Assembly: GCA_021824065.1 (NCBI GenBank)
Contig: JAKALU010000002.1
Span: 11,243-75,242 of the forward strand
DNA from: Nitrospirota bacterium
GTDB taxonomy: Bacteria > Nitrospirota > Thermodesulfovibrionia > Thermodesulfovibrionales > UBA1546
Length of the DNA stretch: 64,000 nt
Direction: 5' to 3'
Shown here: positions 44,898 through 53,973 of the stretch, one piece after another
Position numbering within the stretch: position 1 is the first letter of the stretch
Layout of the letters: each line of letters begins with the position of its first letter
Notes under the pieces: generated by a model
Told to the model about the DNA's origin: nothing
Databases searched by the model: none
The model's input: only the letters and a program-made list of their open reading frames with translations
Made by a program: the position numbers and the translations under genes

Positions 44898-46490
44898 ATG
44901 GTGGCAATGATGAAAGTCGTTACTTCAGAAGAGATGAGAGAGATTGACAGGAAGACCATAAGAGATTATGGACTCTCTGGCAGTGTTCTTATGGAGAGAG
45001 CGGGGCTTGCTGTTGCGTTAAAGGTTAAAGAATTGTTCGAGCCGAGAAAGGTTATCGTGCTTTCAGGCGGAGGCAACAATGGCGGAGATGGTATTGTTGT
45101 TGCCAGAAACCTTTATAACTGGGGATGGAATGTAAAGGTGTTGCTCTTTTCGAAGCAGGATAAGCTTAGCCCTGATTGTCTTGCACAATATAAAATAGCC
45201 AAGAAAATTGGTGTTCCGATTGAATTCAAAACAGAGGTAAATGAAAAAGATCTTCATAGCGCAGTAGTTATAGATGCAATTTTTGGAACAGGCTTAAGCA
45301 AAGATGTGACAGGCAAAATTGCAGATGTCATTTCATTCCTTAATAAATCAAAAGTGCCGGTAATTTCAATTGACATTCCCTCGGGCATTTCATCTGATAC
45401 AGGCCAGATTATGGGCACGGCCATAATGGCTGATTATACCGTGACATTTGGCCTCCCGAAAAGAGGGCATCTTCTTTATCCCGGTGCTGACCATGCAGGA
45501 AGGCTTTTCATAGAAGATATAGGGTTTCCAGAGAATTTGCTTAAATCACAAAAGTTAAAGATTGAGCTTCTTGAAAAAGAGGATATGTCGCTGTTAATCC
45601 CTGAAAGGCAAAAATATTCCCATAAAGGAGACTATGGCCATGTGCTTATTATTGCTGGCTCAAAGGGGAAGACAGGAGCTGCATTCATGTGCGCAAAGGC
45701 ATGTCTGAGGGCAGGCGCAGGACTTGTAACAATAGGCGTGCCAGGATCATTGATGGATGTCTTTCAATCAAGGGTCACAGAGGAGATGACCCTGTCTTTA
45801 CCAGACAGAGGTGATGGCACTCTGTCATCAGAGGCATCGGAGAAAATCTTAGAGTTTCTTTCTAATAGGGCTGATGTCCTTGCAATAGGTCCTGGAATTT
45901 CAGATACGGATAACATTAAAAAACTTGCTTCAACAATTGTATTGAATGCAACAGTACCGATGGTTATTGATGCAGATGCAATAAATGCACTCAGTGGGAC
46001 AAGGAACATCTTTAAAAAAACCAAAGCACCAATAATCCTTACCCCTCATCCGGGCGAAATGGCGAGGATACTCGAAGGGTCAAAGGGTCTCGCCTCAGGC
46101 GAGTCGCCGAGGAGACAAGGGTTCAAGGGTTCAAGGGAAATAGAGCAAGACAGGATTAATACAGCAATAAAATTCTCGAAAGCAACAGGAGCATATCTTG
46201 TGCTTAAGGGTGTGCCGACAATAGTTGCTGAGCCAGAAGGCAGCGTATTTATTAATCCAACAGGCAATCCTGGAATGGCAAGTGCCGGGGTGGGAGATGT
46301 TCTGACAGGAATGATAGCAGCATTTTTAGGTCAGGGATTAGATCCTTTGGAGACATCGATTCTTGGAGTTTACATGCATGGGCTTGCAGGAGATATAGCA
46401 GCAGGCAAAAAAGGAGAGCATTCATTGATTGCATCCGACATAATAGATTCAATTCCAGAGGCTTTTATTTCGATGAAAGATGCCTTATGA
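44898..46490 (+). CDS. nnr: bifunctional NAD(P)H-hydrate epimerase/dehydratase Nnr
   Basis: YjeF_N (GGGNNGGDG) and carbohydrate-kinase C domain (TPHPGEMARI, GNPGMASAGVGDVLTG). Confidence 0.9.
   Translation: MVAMMKVVTSEEMREIDRKTIRDYGLSGSVLMERAGLAVALKVKELFEPRKVIVLSGGGNNGGDGIVVARNLYNWGWNVKVLLFSKQDKLSPDCLAQYKIAKKIGVPIEFKTEVNEKDLHSAVVIDAIFGTGLSKDVTGKIADVISFLNKSKVPVISIDIPSGISSDTGQIMGTAIMADYTVTFGLPKRGHLLYPGADHAGRLFIEDIGFPENLLKSQKLKIELLEKEDMSLLIPERQKYSHKGDYGHVLIIAGSKGKTGAAFMCAKACLRAGAGLVTIGVPGSLMDVFQSRVTEEMTLSLPDRGDGTLSSEASEKILEFLSNRADVLAIGPGISDTDNIKKLASTIVLNATVPMVIDADAINALSGTRNIFKKTKAPIILTPHPGEMARILEGSKGLASGESPRRQGFKGSREIEQDRINTAIKFSKATGAYLVLKGVPTIVAEPEGSVFINPTGNPGMASAGVGDVLTGMIAAFLGQGLDPLETSILGVYMHGLAGDIAAGKKGEHSLIASDIIDSIPEAFISMKDAL
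46086..46137. repeat. family-A core (inverted) plus caagggtt tandem tract inside nnr
   Basis: Reverse complement ttgtctcctcggcgactcgcctgaggcg closely matches the 55003-55030 core; followed by caagggttcaagggttcaaggg. Confidence 0.8.
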
Positions 46491-46500
46491 TTGGTTATAA

Positions 46501-46632
46501 AGAGGGATATAGCATTTTCACTCATTCTCGGGCTATCGCCCTCCGAGGAATTTCGCCTCTTTATTTGTCCATATTTAAATGTAACTTGAGGAATATCGGC
46601 AAAATAAAACCGCTCAAATACCATATCCCTCT
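46501..46632. repeat. 132-bp interval bounded by 10-nt inverted repeats agagggatat / atatccctct with a degenerate family-A-like core
   Basis: Perfect 10-nt termini; internal ctcgggctatcgccctccgaggaatttcgcc. Confidence 0.45.
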
Positions 46633-46648
46633 CTTAGATTAAAAGTTA

Positions 46649-47326
46649 ATGGAAACACTGATATCCCCAGAAATATTTGGCAGCCATGCAATAGCTTTTT
46701 TCACTGGCAAATCCCCTGGCATTGACCTCGATAAAATATCCAAGATAGTTTCTGTCAATAAGAAAAAGATTTTTTTTCCGATACAAAAACATACAGATAA
46801 GGTTCTTCTGTTAGATTCTGATTTTAGCCCAAGAATTGCGGATGCTGTGATAACAAAAGATAAGGGTGTTTTGATCGGTGTTCAGACTGCGGATTGCGTC
46901 CCTGTTCTTTTATGCGATATCAATAAATCTATATTTGGTGTTGTGCATGCAGGGTGGAAAGGCACAGCAGCGGAGATACTCAAGAAGACCATAAGGCTGA
47001 TGCTCGATAAGTTCAGTTCTTCACCAGATGACATTAGGATTGCGCTTGGGCCGAGTATAAGATGGTGTTGCTATCATGTCGGATATGATGTGCTTGAGTC
47101 TGTCATGAGAGTAACAGGCGATGGGCACTATCACACCCGGAAGATCGATGCGTACTGTCTTGATCTTGCAACAGCCAATAAATATCAGGCAATATCTGTT
47201 GGGATACCTGAAAAAAATATATGGATGTCTCAGGAATGCACATATTGTTATCCCGATAGGTTTTATTCATACAGATATGCAAAGGGAACTACCGGAAGGC
47301 AGGGCGGATTTATTGGCATCATTTAA
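46649..47326 (+). CDS. pgeF: YfiH/PgeF laccase-domain protein (peptidoglycan editing factor)
   Basis: QKHTDKV, TADCVPV, HAGWKGT, CTYC..FYSYR. Confidence 0.85.
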   Translation: METLISPEIFGSHAIAFFTGKSPGIDLDKISKIVSVNKKKIFFPIQKHTDKVLLLDSDFSPRIADAVITKDKGVLIGVQTADCVPVLLCDINKSIFGVVHAGWKGTAAEILKKTIRLMLDKFSSSPDDIRIALGPSIRWCCYHVGYDVLESVMRVTGDGHYHTRKIDAYCLDLATANKYQAISVGIPEKNIWMSQECTYCYPDRFYSYRYAKGTTGRQGGFIGII

Positions 47327-47330
47327 AAAT

Positions 47331-47360
47331 TTATATACGAACTAATAAGTTCGTATATAA
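47331..47360 (+). terminator. AT-rich perfect hairpin after pgeF (no T-run)
   Basis: ttatatacgaac-taataa-gttcgtatataa. Confidence 0.3.
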
Positions 47361-47384
47361 GATGACACTGCCGGGACTATTTCA

Positions 47385-47466
47385 GTCATTGAGGCTTGTC
47401 CGGGGGTATTGAAGGATTCCCGATTCTCCTCGGCGAATCCGTCTGAGGCGGACAAGCGGGGATGAC
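47385..47466. repeat. family-A palindromic repeat element, intergenic copy
   Basis: gtcatt...ggattcccgattctcctcggcgaatccgtctgaggcggacaagcggggatgac. Confidence 0.8.
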
Positions 47467-47509
47467 AGTTAAGTTGTCTTACTTATGAAAAGTATGATTA
47501 AAAAAAGGC

Positions 47510-47959
47510 ATGGGCGAAAAGATGAAGTTTCTTAGTAGGGGTCCCGATGAAACGCAGGTAATAGGTTTCAGACTCGGAGGATTACTTAGGGCAAAGAGTG
47601 TTGTTTGTCTGTATGGTGAGCTTGGTGCAGGTAAAACAACATTTGTTAAGGGTATTGCACAAGCATTGGGCATCCCCGAGTGGGATGTTACAAGTGCGAG
47701 TTTTACAATAGTTGTTGAACATGATAACGATATCCCGCTTTATCACATAGACCTTTACAGGATTGAAAAAGATACCGATATTGATGCTGCAGGCATCTGG
47801 GATTATATTTATAGTGAAGGCATTACTGTTATTGAGTGGGCAGAGCGGCTTGGAAAAGTGCTGGACGATTTTATAAAGGTAAAATTTGCTATTATAGATG
47901 AACGAACAAGGGATATTACAATTGAGGGCATAGATGAAAAAGATTGGAATTATATGTAA
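47510..47959 (+). CDS. tsaE: tRNA t6A37 biosynthesis ATPase TsaE
   Basis: LYGELGAGKTTFVKGI Walker A and HIDLYR motif. Confidence 0.85.
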   Translation: MGEKMKFLSRGPDETQVIGFRLGGLLRAKSVVCLYGELGAGKTTFVKGIAQALGIPEWDVTSASFTIVVEHDNDIPLYHIDLYRIEKDTDIDAAGIWDYIYSEGITVIEWAERLGKVLDDFIKVKFAIIDERTRDITIEGIDEKDWNYM

Positions 47960-48785
47960 ATCAGGAAGACCCGAGCCGCCGGAAATATTAAAGGGACTCC
48001 TTCCGTGGTTGAGTAACAGAGGACTCGAAGTATTTTTGGATATTGAGACAGCCTTGATAATTAATATAAAAGGTTATTCACGTTCAGAAATACCAGCAGT
48101 TGCTGAAGTGGTAGTTGTTCTGGGCGGTGACGGGACAATGCTCAATGTTGCAAGGCTGGTTTGTGAGAAGGGTATCCCTATATTAGGAGTCAATCTCGGC
48201 GGGCTTGGTTTTATAACAGAGGTACAGAGAGAAGAACTATATGAAGCAATGGAAAAAGTCCTCTCAGGAGAGTGTTCATCTGAAGATAGGCTAATGCTCA
48301 CTGCCCATATTCACAGACATGGGGAGAGGATTGCAGAATATACTGTTTTAAATGATGTTGTCATAAACAAAGGTGCGCTTGCAAGGATTATAGACCTTGA
48401 GACTTACATAAACAAGACATATGTAACGACATTTAAGGCAGACGGACTTATAGTATCAACACCAACAGGTTCAACAGCATACTCTCTCTCAGCGGGAGGG
48501 CCTGTGCTTTATCCAACTCTTGACAGCATCATACTTACGCCAATATGCCCTCATACCCTTACGAACAGACCGACAGTCCTTCCTGACGATGTGATGATAG
48601 AGGTAGCGCTTAAATCCCCGGGCGAAGACGTTTTTCTCACGCTTGACGGGCAGGTGGGATTTTCTTTGAGAAAAGATGATGTTGTGGAGGTTAAAAGGTC
48701 GCCATTTAAGACAAAACTCCTTATCCCATTTGAGAGGGACTATTTTCAGGTGTTGAGGACAAAACTTAAGTGGGGAGAGAGATGA
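47934..48785 (+). CDS. nadK: NAD kinase
   Basis: VVLGGDGTML, NDVVINKG, STPTGSTAYSLSAGGP. Confidence 0.9.
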   Translation: MKKIGIICKSGRPEPPEILKGLLPWLSNRGLEVFLDIETALIINIKGYSRSEIPAVAEVVVVLGGDGTMLNVARLVCEKGIPILGVNLGGLGFITEVQREELYEAMEKVLSGECSSEDRLMLTAHIHRHGERIAEYTVLNDVVINKGALARIIDLETYINKTYVTTFKADGLIVSTPTGSTAYSLSAGGPVLYPTLDSIILTPICPHTLTNRPTVLPDDVMIEVALKSPGEDVFLTLDGQVGFSLRKDDVVEVKRSPFKTKLLIPFERDYFQVLRTKLKWGER

Positions 48786-48827
48786 AAAGACAGCTGTCAG
48801 GCGTCAGTTGCCAGTGGTCAGAAGAAA

Positions 48828-49574
48828 ATGCAAAAAAACAATAAGACAATAGTAAATGATATTAAGACAGTTCTTGAGTTTTATCAGGCGCTGGGTTTTG
48901 AAAGGCTACCGATAAACATAGGGCGTAAGAACAGAGGTGCAAAAGTTCAGAAGTTCACAGCCTCAGAAAGAAAAGACTCAAGCACCTACAAACTTCCGCG
49001 CTACCAAACTTCCGAACAGAAGAAGGCTGCGTTAAAAGAACTGCGCGAGGAGATTGGAGATTGCCAGCGGTGCAAGCTTTCAAAGGGGAGGACGAATATT
49101 GTTTTTGGTGAGGGCAGTGAGGATGCAGAAATAATGTTTATTGGAGAAGGCCCCGGCAAGGAAGAAGACATACAGGGAAGACCATTTGTTGGTGACGCAG
49201 GCCAGCTATTGACAAAACTCATAGAGAAGATGGGCTTTAAAAGGAATAATGTTTATATCGGCAATATAGTAAAGTGCAGACCTCCATTTAATCGAGACCC
49301 TGAAGAAGATGAGATAAATGCCTGTATTGTCTTTATCAAGAAGCAGATAGAGATAATATCTCCAAAGGTCATCATATCATTGGGCCGCGTATCTGCACAG
49401 ACGCTCATAGGCTCAAAGATTCCGATAAGCAAACTGAGGGGGAGATTCTATGAGTATTGCAATATTCCATTAATGCCTACGTTTCATCCCGCATATCTTT
49501 TAAGAAATCCAAAGGACAAATGGCTTGTGTGGGAAGATGCCCAGAAGGTGTTAGAGAAATTGAAGAAAATATGA
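48828..49574 (+). CDS. family 4 uracil-DNA glycosylase
   Basis: CQRCKL Fe-S Cys, GEGPGKEEDIQGRPFVGDAGQLL, HPAYLLRNP. Confidence 0.85.
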   Translation: MQKNNKTIVNDIKTVLEFYQALGFERLPINIGRKNRGAKVQKFTASERKDSSTYKLPRYQTSEQKKAALKELREEIGDCQRCKLSKGRTNIVFGEGSEDAEIMFIGEGPGKEEDIQGRPFVGDAGQLLTKLIEKMGFKRNNVYIGNIVKCRPPFNRDPEEDEINACIVFIKKQIEIISPKVIISLGRVSAQTLIGSKIPISKLRGRFYEYCNIPLMPTFHPAYLLRNPKDKWLVWEDAQKVLEKLKKI

Positions 49575-49594
49575 ATATATTTAAATTAAGTAAC

Positions 49595-49634
49595 TCCCCT
49601 CGCTCCCCTCTTAAATTAAGAGGGGAGCGAGGGA
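49595..49634. repeat. family-B palindromic element, intergenic copy
   Basis: tcccctcgctcccctcttaaattaagaggggagcgaggga near-perfect 40-nt palindrome. Confidence 0.85.
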
Positions 49635-49683
49635 CTTATTGAAACAATTTCGGGTCGGTGACTGTGTTTATAAGGCTTTTATA

Positions 49684-50307
49684 GTGAAAAAGTATATCTT
49701 TGCAATAAGCGGTGCAAGCGGCTCTGTAATCGGTATAAGAGTTCTCCGTGAACTGCTTAAAACCTCAGAGGTTCATCTGATTATATCATCGCAGTCATTC
49801 TCTATTATAAAAGATGAGACAGGCATAGACTGGACAATTAAAAAAAGTTCTGAGTTGAGAGTTCGGAGTTCTGAGTCAAAGAAAATACAGAAAAAAATCA
49901 GGGAATATTTTAAAACAGATAGGCTTTTCTTTTATAAAGACACGCAAATGGATGCGTCTGTAGCAAGCGGCTCGTTCAAAACAGACGGAATGCTTGTTGT
50001 GCCATGTTCTATGAAGACGCTATCAGGTATTGCAAATGGATATGCGAATAATCTTGTTGAGCGAGCTGCTGATGTGACAATAAAGGAGGGAAGGACATTA
50101 TTGCTTTCTCCAAGGGAAATGCCATTCAGTGCAATACATCTTGAAAATATGCTTAAGCTTGCGAGAATTGGGGTTAAGATTGCGCCACCTGTCCCTGCTT
50201 TTTATCATAAGCCTAAAAAGATAGATGATATGGTTGATTTTATCGCAGGAAAAATTCTCGACAACATGGGAATCGAACATAAGCTTTTCAGAAGATGGGG
50301 AAGTTGA
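49684..50307 (+). CDS. ubiX: flavin prenyltransferase UbiX
   Basis: ISGASG, ASGSF, PCSMKTLSGIA, REMPFSAIHLENML; start set at the GTG downstream of the palindromic element. Confidence 0.85.
   Translation: MKKYIFAISGASGSVIGIRVLRELLKTSEVHLIISSQSFSIIKDETGIDWTIKKSSELRVRSSESKKIQKKIREYFKTDRLFFYKDTQMDASVASGSFKTDGMLVVPCSMKTLSGIANGYANNLVERAADVTIKEGRTLLLSPREMPFSAIHLENMLKLARIGVKIAPPVPAFYHKPKKIDDMVDFIAGKILDNMGIEHKLFRRWGS
49847..49877. repeat. gttctgag-type low-complexity element inside ubiX
   Basis: gttctgagttgagagttcggagttctgagtc encoding SSELRVRSSES in a region longer than in E. coli UbiX as I recall it. Confidence 0.5.
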
Positions 50308-50804
50308 GAATGCTTGATTATCTTTCAATATTCAAGAAGTTAAATGAAGATGAAATCAGATACATCGTTGTCGGAGGAATAGCGGTTAATCTTTATGGCA
50401 TACCAAGAATGACATATGATGTAGATTTGATTCTCGACCTTGAGGATGAAAACTTAGAAAAATTCCTGAAATTATTGAAGAAGTGGGGATTTAAACCAAA
50501 GGTTCCTGTGGATATCATGGATTTTGCAGAAAAGGACAAAAGGGAAGACTGGATAAAAAATAAAAATATGAAGGCTTTTAATCTCGTGAACCCTGAATGG
50601 GCAATTTCCGAGATAGATATCATAATTGATTCTCCTGTGGATTATGAGAAAGCAAACAAAAGGGTTAATCATATTAAACTTCATGGTGTTTCTATTCCTG
50701 TTGTCTCGATTGACGACCTTATAAAAATGAAGGAAAATACAGAAAGACGACAAGATAAGGCTGATATAAGATATTTAAGGAAATTGAAAAATGAAAAAAA
50801 GTAA
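50295..50804 (+). CDS. nucleotidyltransferase-fold protein (MNT-like GG..G..R.T.D.D motif), function unknown
   Basis: VVGGIAVNLYGIPRMTYDVDLIL and C-terminal SIDDLIKMKENTERRQDKADI. Confidence 0.5.
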   Translation: MGKLRMLDYLSIFKKLNEDEIRYIVVGGIAVNLYGIPRMTYDVDLILDLEDENLEKFLKLLKKWGFKPKVPVDIMDFAEKDKREDWIKNKNMKAFNLVNPEWAISEIDIIIDSPVDYEKANKRVNHIKLHGVSIPVVSIDDLIKMKENTERRQDKADIRYLRKLKNEKK

Positions 50805-50967
50805 GATTCAGGGTTTTGATTATTATCTGAGTAAAGAGACCTTGGAAGGGTATAAGGTAAAGCCGATTGAGTTGCGCCTAAAGTGGCTTTATATGGGGAA
50901 TCTTTTGCGTATGAGTTATAAAAAAGATATTGTGAAGATTCAGGATAAGTTCAGGGAATTGAAGTAA
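50791..50967 (+). CDS. 58-aa ORF overlapping the preceding gene by 14 nt (below the ORF-track cutoff)
   Basis: Translated by hand: MKKSKIQGFDYYLSKETLEGYKVKPIELRLKWLYMGNLLRMSYKKDIVKIQDKFRELK. Confidence 0.45.
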   Translation: MKKSKIQGFDYYLSKETLEGYKVKPIELRLKWLYMGNLLRMSYKKDIVKIQDKFRELK

Positions 50968-51020
50968 GCTGATTTCGGAGGGTAAGATATGAGAACGGCA
51001 TTTGCCTCAGCGTTAAGTAA

Positions 51021-53222
51021 ATGACACTTAAAGAGCACATAAAACTCATCATTAAAGCAGAGCACTGGGATCCCTATATTGTTTTAGGGATGCATGAAAT
51101 AAAATCCGATGGCAAAAAGGCGATTGCAGTCCGTGCGTTCCTGCCAGATGCTGATGAGGCATGGGTTATTGATGTAAGCAAGGAAAAGTCCTATAAGATG
51201 GAAAAAACAAATAAGGCAGGATTTTTTGAGAAAAAATTTGAAAGTAGAAAAGAATTTTTTAAATATAAGATTAAAGTAAAGACATTCGACAATCACATCT
51301 ATGAATTTTATGACCCCTATTCGTTCTGGCCGGTGCTTTCAGATTTTGACCTTTATCTGATAGGCGAGGGGAGCCATTATAAAAAATATGAAAAACTTGG
51401 CGCACATTTCATGGAGATTAACGGGATCAGGGGAGTGCATTTTGCAGTCTGGGCGCCGAATGCAAAAAGAGTGAGCGTTGTAGGTGATTTTAATAACTGG
51501 GATGGAAGAAGGCATCAGATGCGGGTTTTAGGTCTGTCAGGTGTATGGGAGATATTTATCCCAGGACTCGAAAAAGGAGACCTTTATAAGTTTGAAATAA
51601 AATCAAAAGCCAATAATATATTTTTAAAGGCAGACCCATATGCTCTTTATTTTGAGGTCAGGCCAAAGAGTGCATCTATTGTCTATGACATAAATGAGTA
51701 TAAATGGGATGATGATAAATGGATTGAACTACGCTCTAAGAAGAACTGGCTTGAGACGCCCATTTCTGTTTACGAGGTGCACTTAAGTTCATGGATGCGT
51801 ATGCCCGAAGAAGAAAACCGTTTTTTAACGTACAAAGAGCTTTCTGATAAATTGATCCCGTATGTGAAAGAAATGGGTTATACACATATAGAACTTTTGC
51901 CTGTAACAGAACATCCTCTGGATGCGTCATGGGGCTATCAGACAATTGGGTATTTTGCTCCAACGAGCAGGCATGGAACACCGAGTGACTTTATGTATTT
52001 TGTGGATAAATGTCACCAGAACGACATCGGCGTTATCCTCGACTGGGTGCCAGCACATTTCCCTAAGGATGCGCATGGACTTGGATACTTTGATGGGACA
52101 TGTCTCTATGAGCATGAAGACCCGAGAAAGGGTGAACATAGAGACTGGGGCACGTTGATATTCAACTATGGAAGAAATGAGGTCAGGAATTTTTTAATCT
52201 CCAATGCACTTTTCTGGCTTGAAAAATATCACATTGACGGTCTAAGGGTTGATGCTGTTGCCTCAATGATATATCTTGACTATTCAAGAAAAGAAGGTGA
52301 ATGGATCCCAAATATTTTTGGCGGCAATGAAAACCTTGAGGCAATAGATTTTCTTAAAAAGTTTAATGAGATCGTCCATGAGTATCATCCCGGGGTTCTT
52401 ACGATTGCAGAGGAATCAACAGCATGGACAGGGGTATCAAGACCAACTCATCTCGGAGGCCTTGGTTTTAGCCTTAAATGGAATATGGGGTGGATGCATG
52501 ACATGCTCGAATATTTTTCAACGGATCCGGTCCACAGAAAATATCACCATAACAATCTGACATTTAGCCTTCTTTACGCATTTACAGAAAACTTTATGCT
52601 TGTGCTGTCACACGATGAAGTTGTGCATGGCAAAAGTTCGATACTCAACAAGATGCCAGGTGATATGTGGCAGAAATTTGCAAACCTCAGGCTGTTACAC
52701 GGTTTTATGCACGGACATCCAGGTAAAAAGCTTCTGTTTATGGGAGGAGAATTCGGGCAGTGGGATGAATGGGACCATGAACACAGTATTGACTGGCACC
52801 TGTTAGAATATGAACCGCATCAGAAACTCCAGAGATATGTGAAAGACCTGAACAGCCTTTATAAATCAGAGCCGTCATTCTATGAGATTGATTTTAATTA
52901 TTGGGGTTTTGAGTGGATAGATTTTCGTGATACAGAACAGAGCATAATATCATTTATAAGGAAGGCAAAAGACTCTGATGATTTTCTCGTGGTTGTATGC
53001 AATTTTACACCTGTGCCAAGGTCTAACTACAGAATAGGTGTGCCAAAACCGGGTTTTTACAGGGAGCTTTTAAACAGTGATTCTTCTGAATACTGGGGAG
53101 GCAATATTGGAAACTCAGGCGGTGTTTTTGCAGAAGAAATCAAATGGCACGCAAGGCAATATTCTATAAACATAACTTTGCCACCATTAGCAATAGTAAT
53201 ATTTAAACCTGTAAAGGATTGA
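51021..53222 (+). CDS. glgB: 1,4-alpha-glucan branching enzyme GlgB
   Basis: [14 protein letters not shown]48, GH13 motifs [28 protein letters not shown]. Confidence 0.95.
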   Translation: MTLKEHIKLIIKAEHWDPYIVLGMHEIKSDGKKAIAVRAFLPDADEAWVIDVSKEKSYKMEKTNKAGFFEKKFESRKEFFKYKIKVKTFDNHIYEFYDPYSFWPVLSDFDLYLIGEGSHYKKYEKLGAHFMEINGIRGVHFAVWAPNAKRVSVVGDFNNWDGRRHQMRVLGLSGVWEIFIPGLEKGDLYKFEIKSKANNIFLKADPYALYFEVRPKSASIVYDINEYKWDDDKWIELRSKKNWLETPISVYEVHLSSWMRMPEEENRFLTYKELSDKLIPYVKEMGYTHIELLPVTEHPLDASWGYQTIGYFAPTSRHGTPSDFMYFVDKCHQNDIGVILDWVPAHFPKDAHGLGYFDGTCLYEHEDPRKGEHRDWGTLIFNYGRNEVRNFLISNALFWLEKYHIDGLRVDAVASMIYLDYSRKEGEWIPNIFGGNENLEAIDFLKKFNEIVHEYHPGVLTIAEESTAWTGVSRPTHLGGLGFSLKWNMGWMHDMLEYFSTDPVHRKYHHNNLTFSLLYAFTENFMLVLSHDEVVHGKSSILNKMPGDMWQKFANLRLLHGFMHGHPGKKLLFMGGEFGQWDEWDHEHSIDWHLLEYEPHQKLQRYVKDLNSLYKSEPSFYEIDFNYWGFEWIDFRDTEQSIISFIRKAKDSDDFLVVVCNFTPVPRSNYRIGVPKPGFYRELLNSDSSEYWGGNIGNSGGVFAEEIKWHARQYSINITLPPLAIVIFKPVKD

Positions 53223-53256
53223 CAGGCGTGGGTTTAAATGGTAATATTTGACCAGG

Positions 53257-53973
53257 ATGCTTATCTTAAGGGCATTTTTAATGTTACTTTTTATCTGTAC
53301 TGCTGCCGAGGCCGATATATACAAGTATGTCGGAGAAGACGGAGTCATTTTTTATACAGATGCACCAGTTAGGGGAAAGACTGAGAAGGTAATAAAAGAG
53401 AAAACCAATAAAGAAGCCGTATCATACGCTAAAACAGAAACTGTAACCTCTTCTAAAAAAAATAAAGATAATTACCACCCTATAATAAATAAGAAGGCAA
53501 AAGAACACGATATAGACCCATCTCTTGTCACCGCTGTTATAAAGGCTGAATCGAACTGGGATCATCGGGCAGTTTCAAAAAAAGGTGCGATGGGACTTAT
53601 GCAGTTGATGCCAACGACTGCTAATGAACTTCAGGTTAGAAACCCATTTGATCCGGAAGATAATATAGATGGCGGCACAAGATATCTGAGATACTTAATC
53701 GAGAGGTTTAATGGCAACCTTACTCTTGCGCTTGCAGCATACAATGCAGGCCCCAAAACTGTTGAGAAATACGGCTCTGTTCCCCCGATATCAGAGACAA
53801 AACAGTATGTTAAAAAAGTGCTTGCACTCTATAATGGCAAGGCTGACTATTCTTCTTCAGGCACATCATATAAGGCAAAAAAATCAGAGCCTATTTATAA
53901 GATAGTAATGGAGGATGGCACAATCCTCTTCACAAACTTTCCTCTCTATAAGACAAATTCTCTCAGGTTTTAA
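53257..53973 (+). CDS. lytic transglycosylase (SLT domain) flanked by two DUF4124-like motifs
   Basis: Signal peptide; AVIKAESNW..GAMGLMQLMP..AYNAGP; IYKYVGEDGVIFYTDAP near the N-terminus and IYKIVMEDGTILFTNFP near the C-terminus. Confidence 0.8.
   Translation: MLILRAFLMLLFICTAAEADIYKYVGEDGVIFYTDAPVRGKTEKVIKEKTNKEAVSYAKTETVTSSKKNKDNYHPIINKKAKEHDIDPSLVTAVIKAESNWDHRAVSKKGAMGLMQLMPTTANELQVRNPFDPEDNIDGGTRYLRYLIERFNGNLTLALAAYNAGPKTVEKYGSVPPISETKQYVKKVLALYNGKADYSSSGTSYKAKKSEPIYKIVMEDGTILFTNFPLYKTNSLRF

Noticed and set aside
46370-46624. 84-aa minus-strand ORF across the nnr 3' end and the following spacer
   Set aside because: It is antisense to the conserved nnr C-terminus and runs into a repeat-bounded spacer. 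It has no SD and an odd composition.
49457-49642. 61-aa ORF ending ..SPRSPLKLRGERGTY
   Set aside because: The 5' part overlaps the well-supported udg gene in another frame, and the 3' part is the family-B palindrome. It is not an independent gene.
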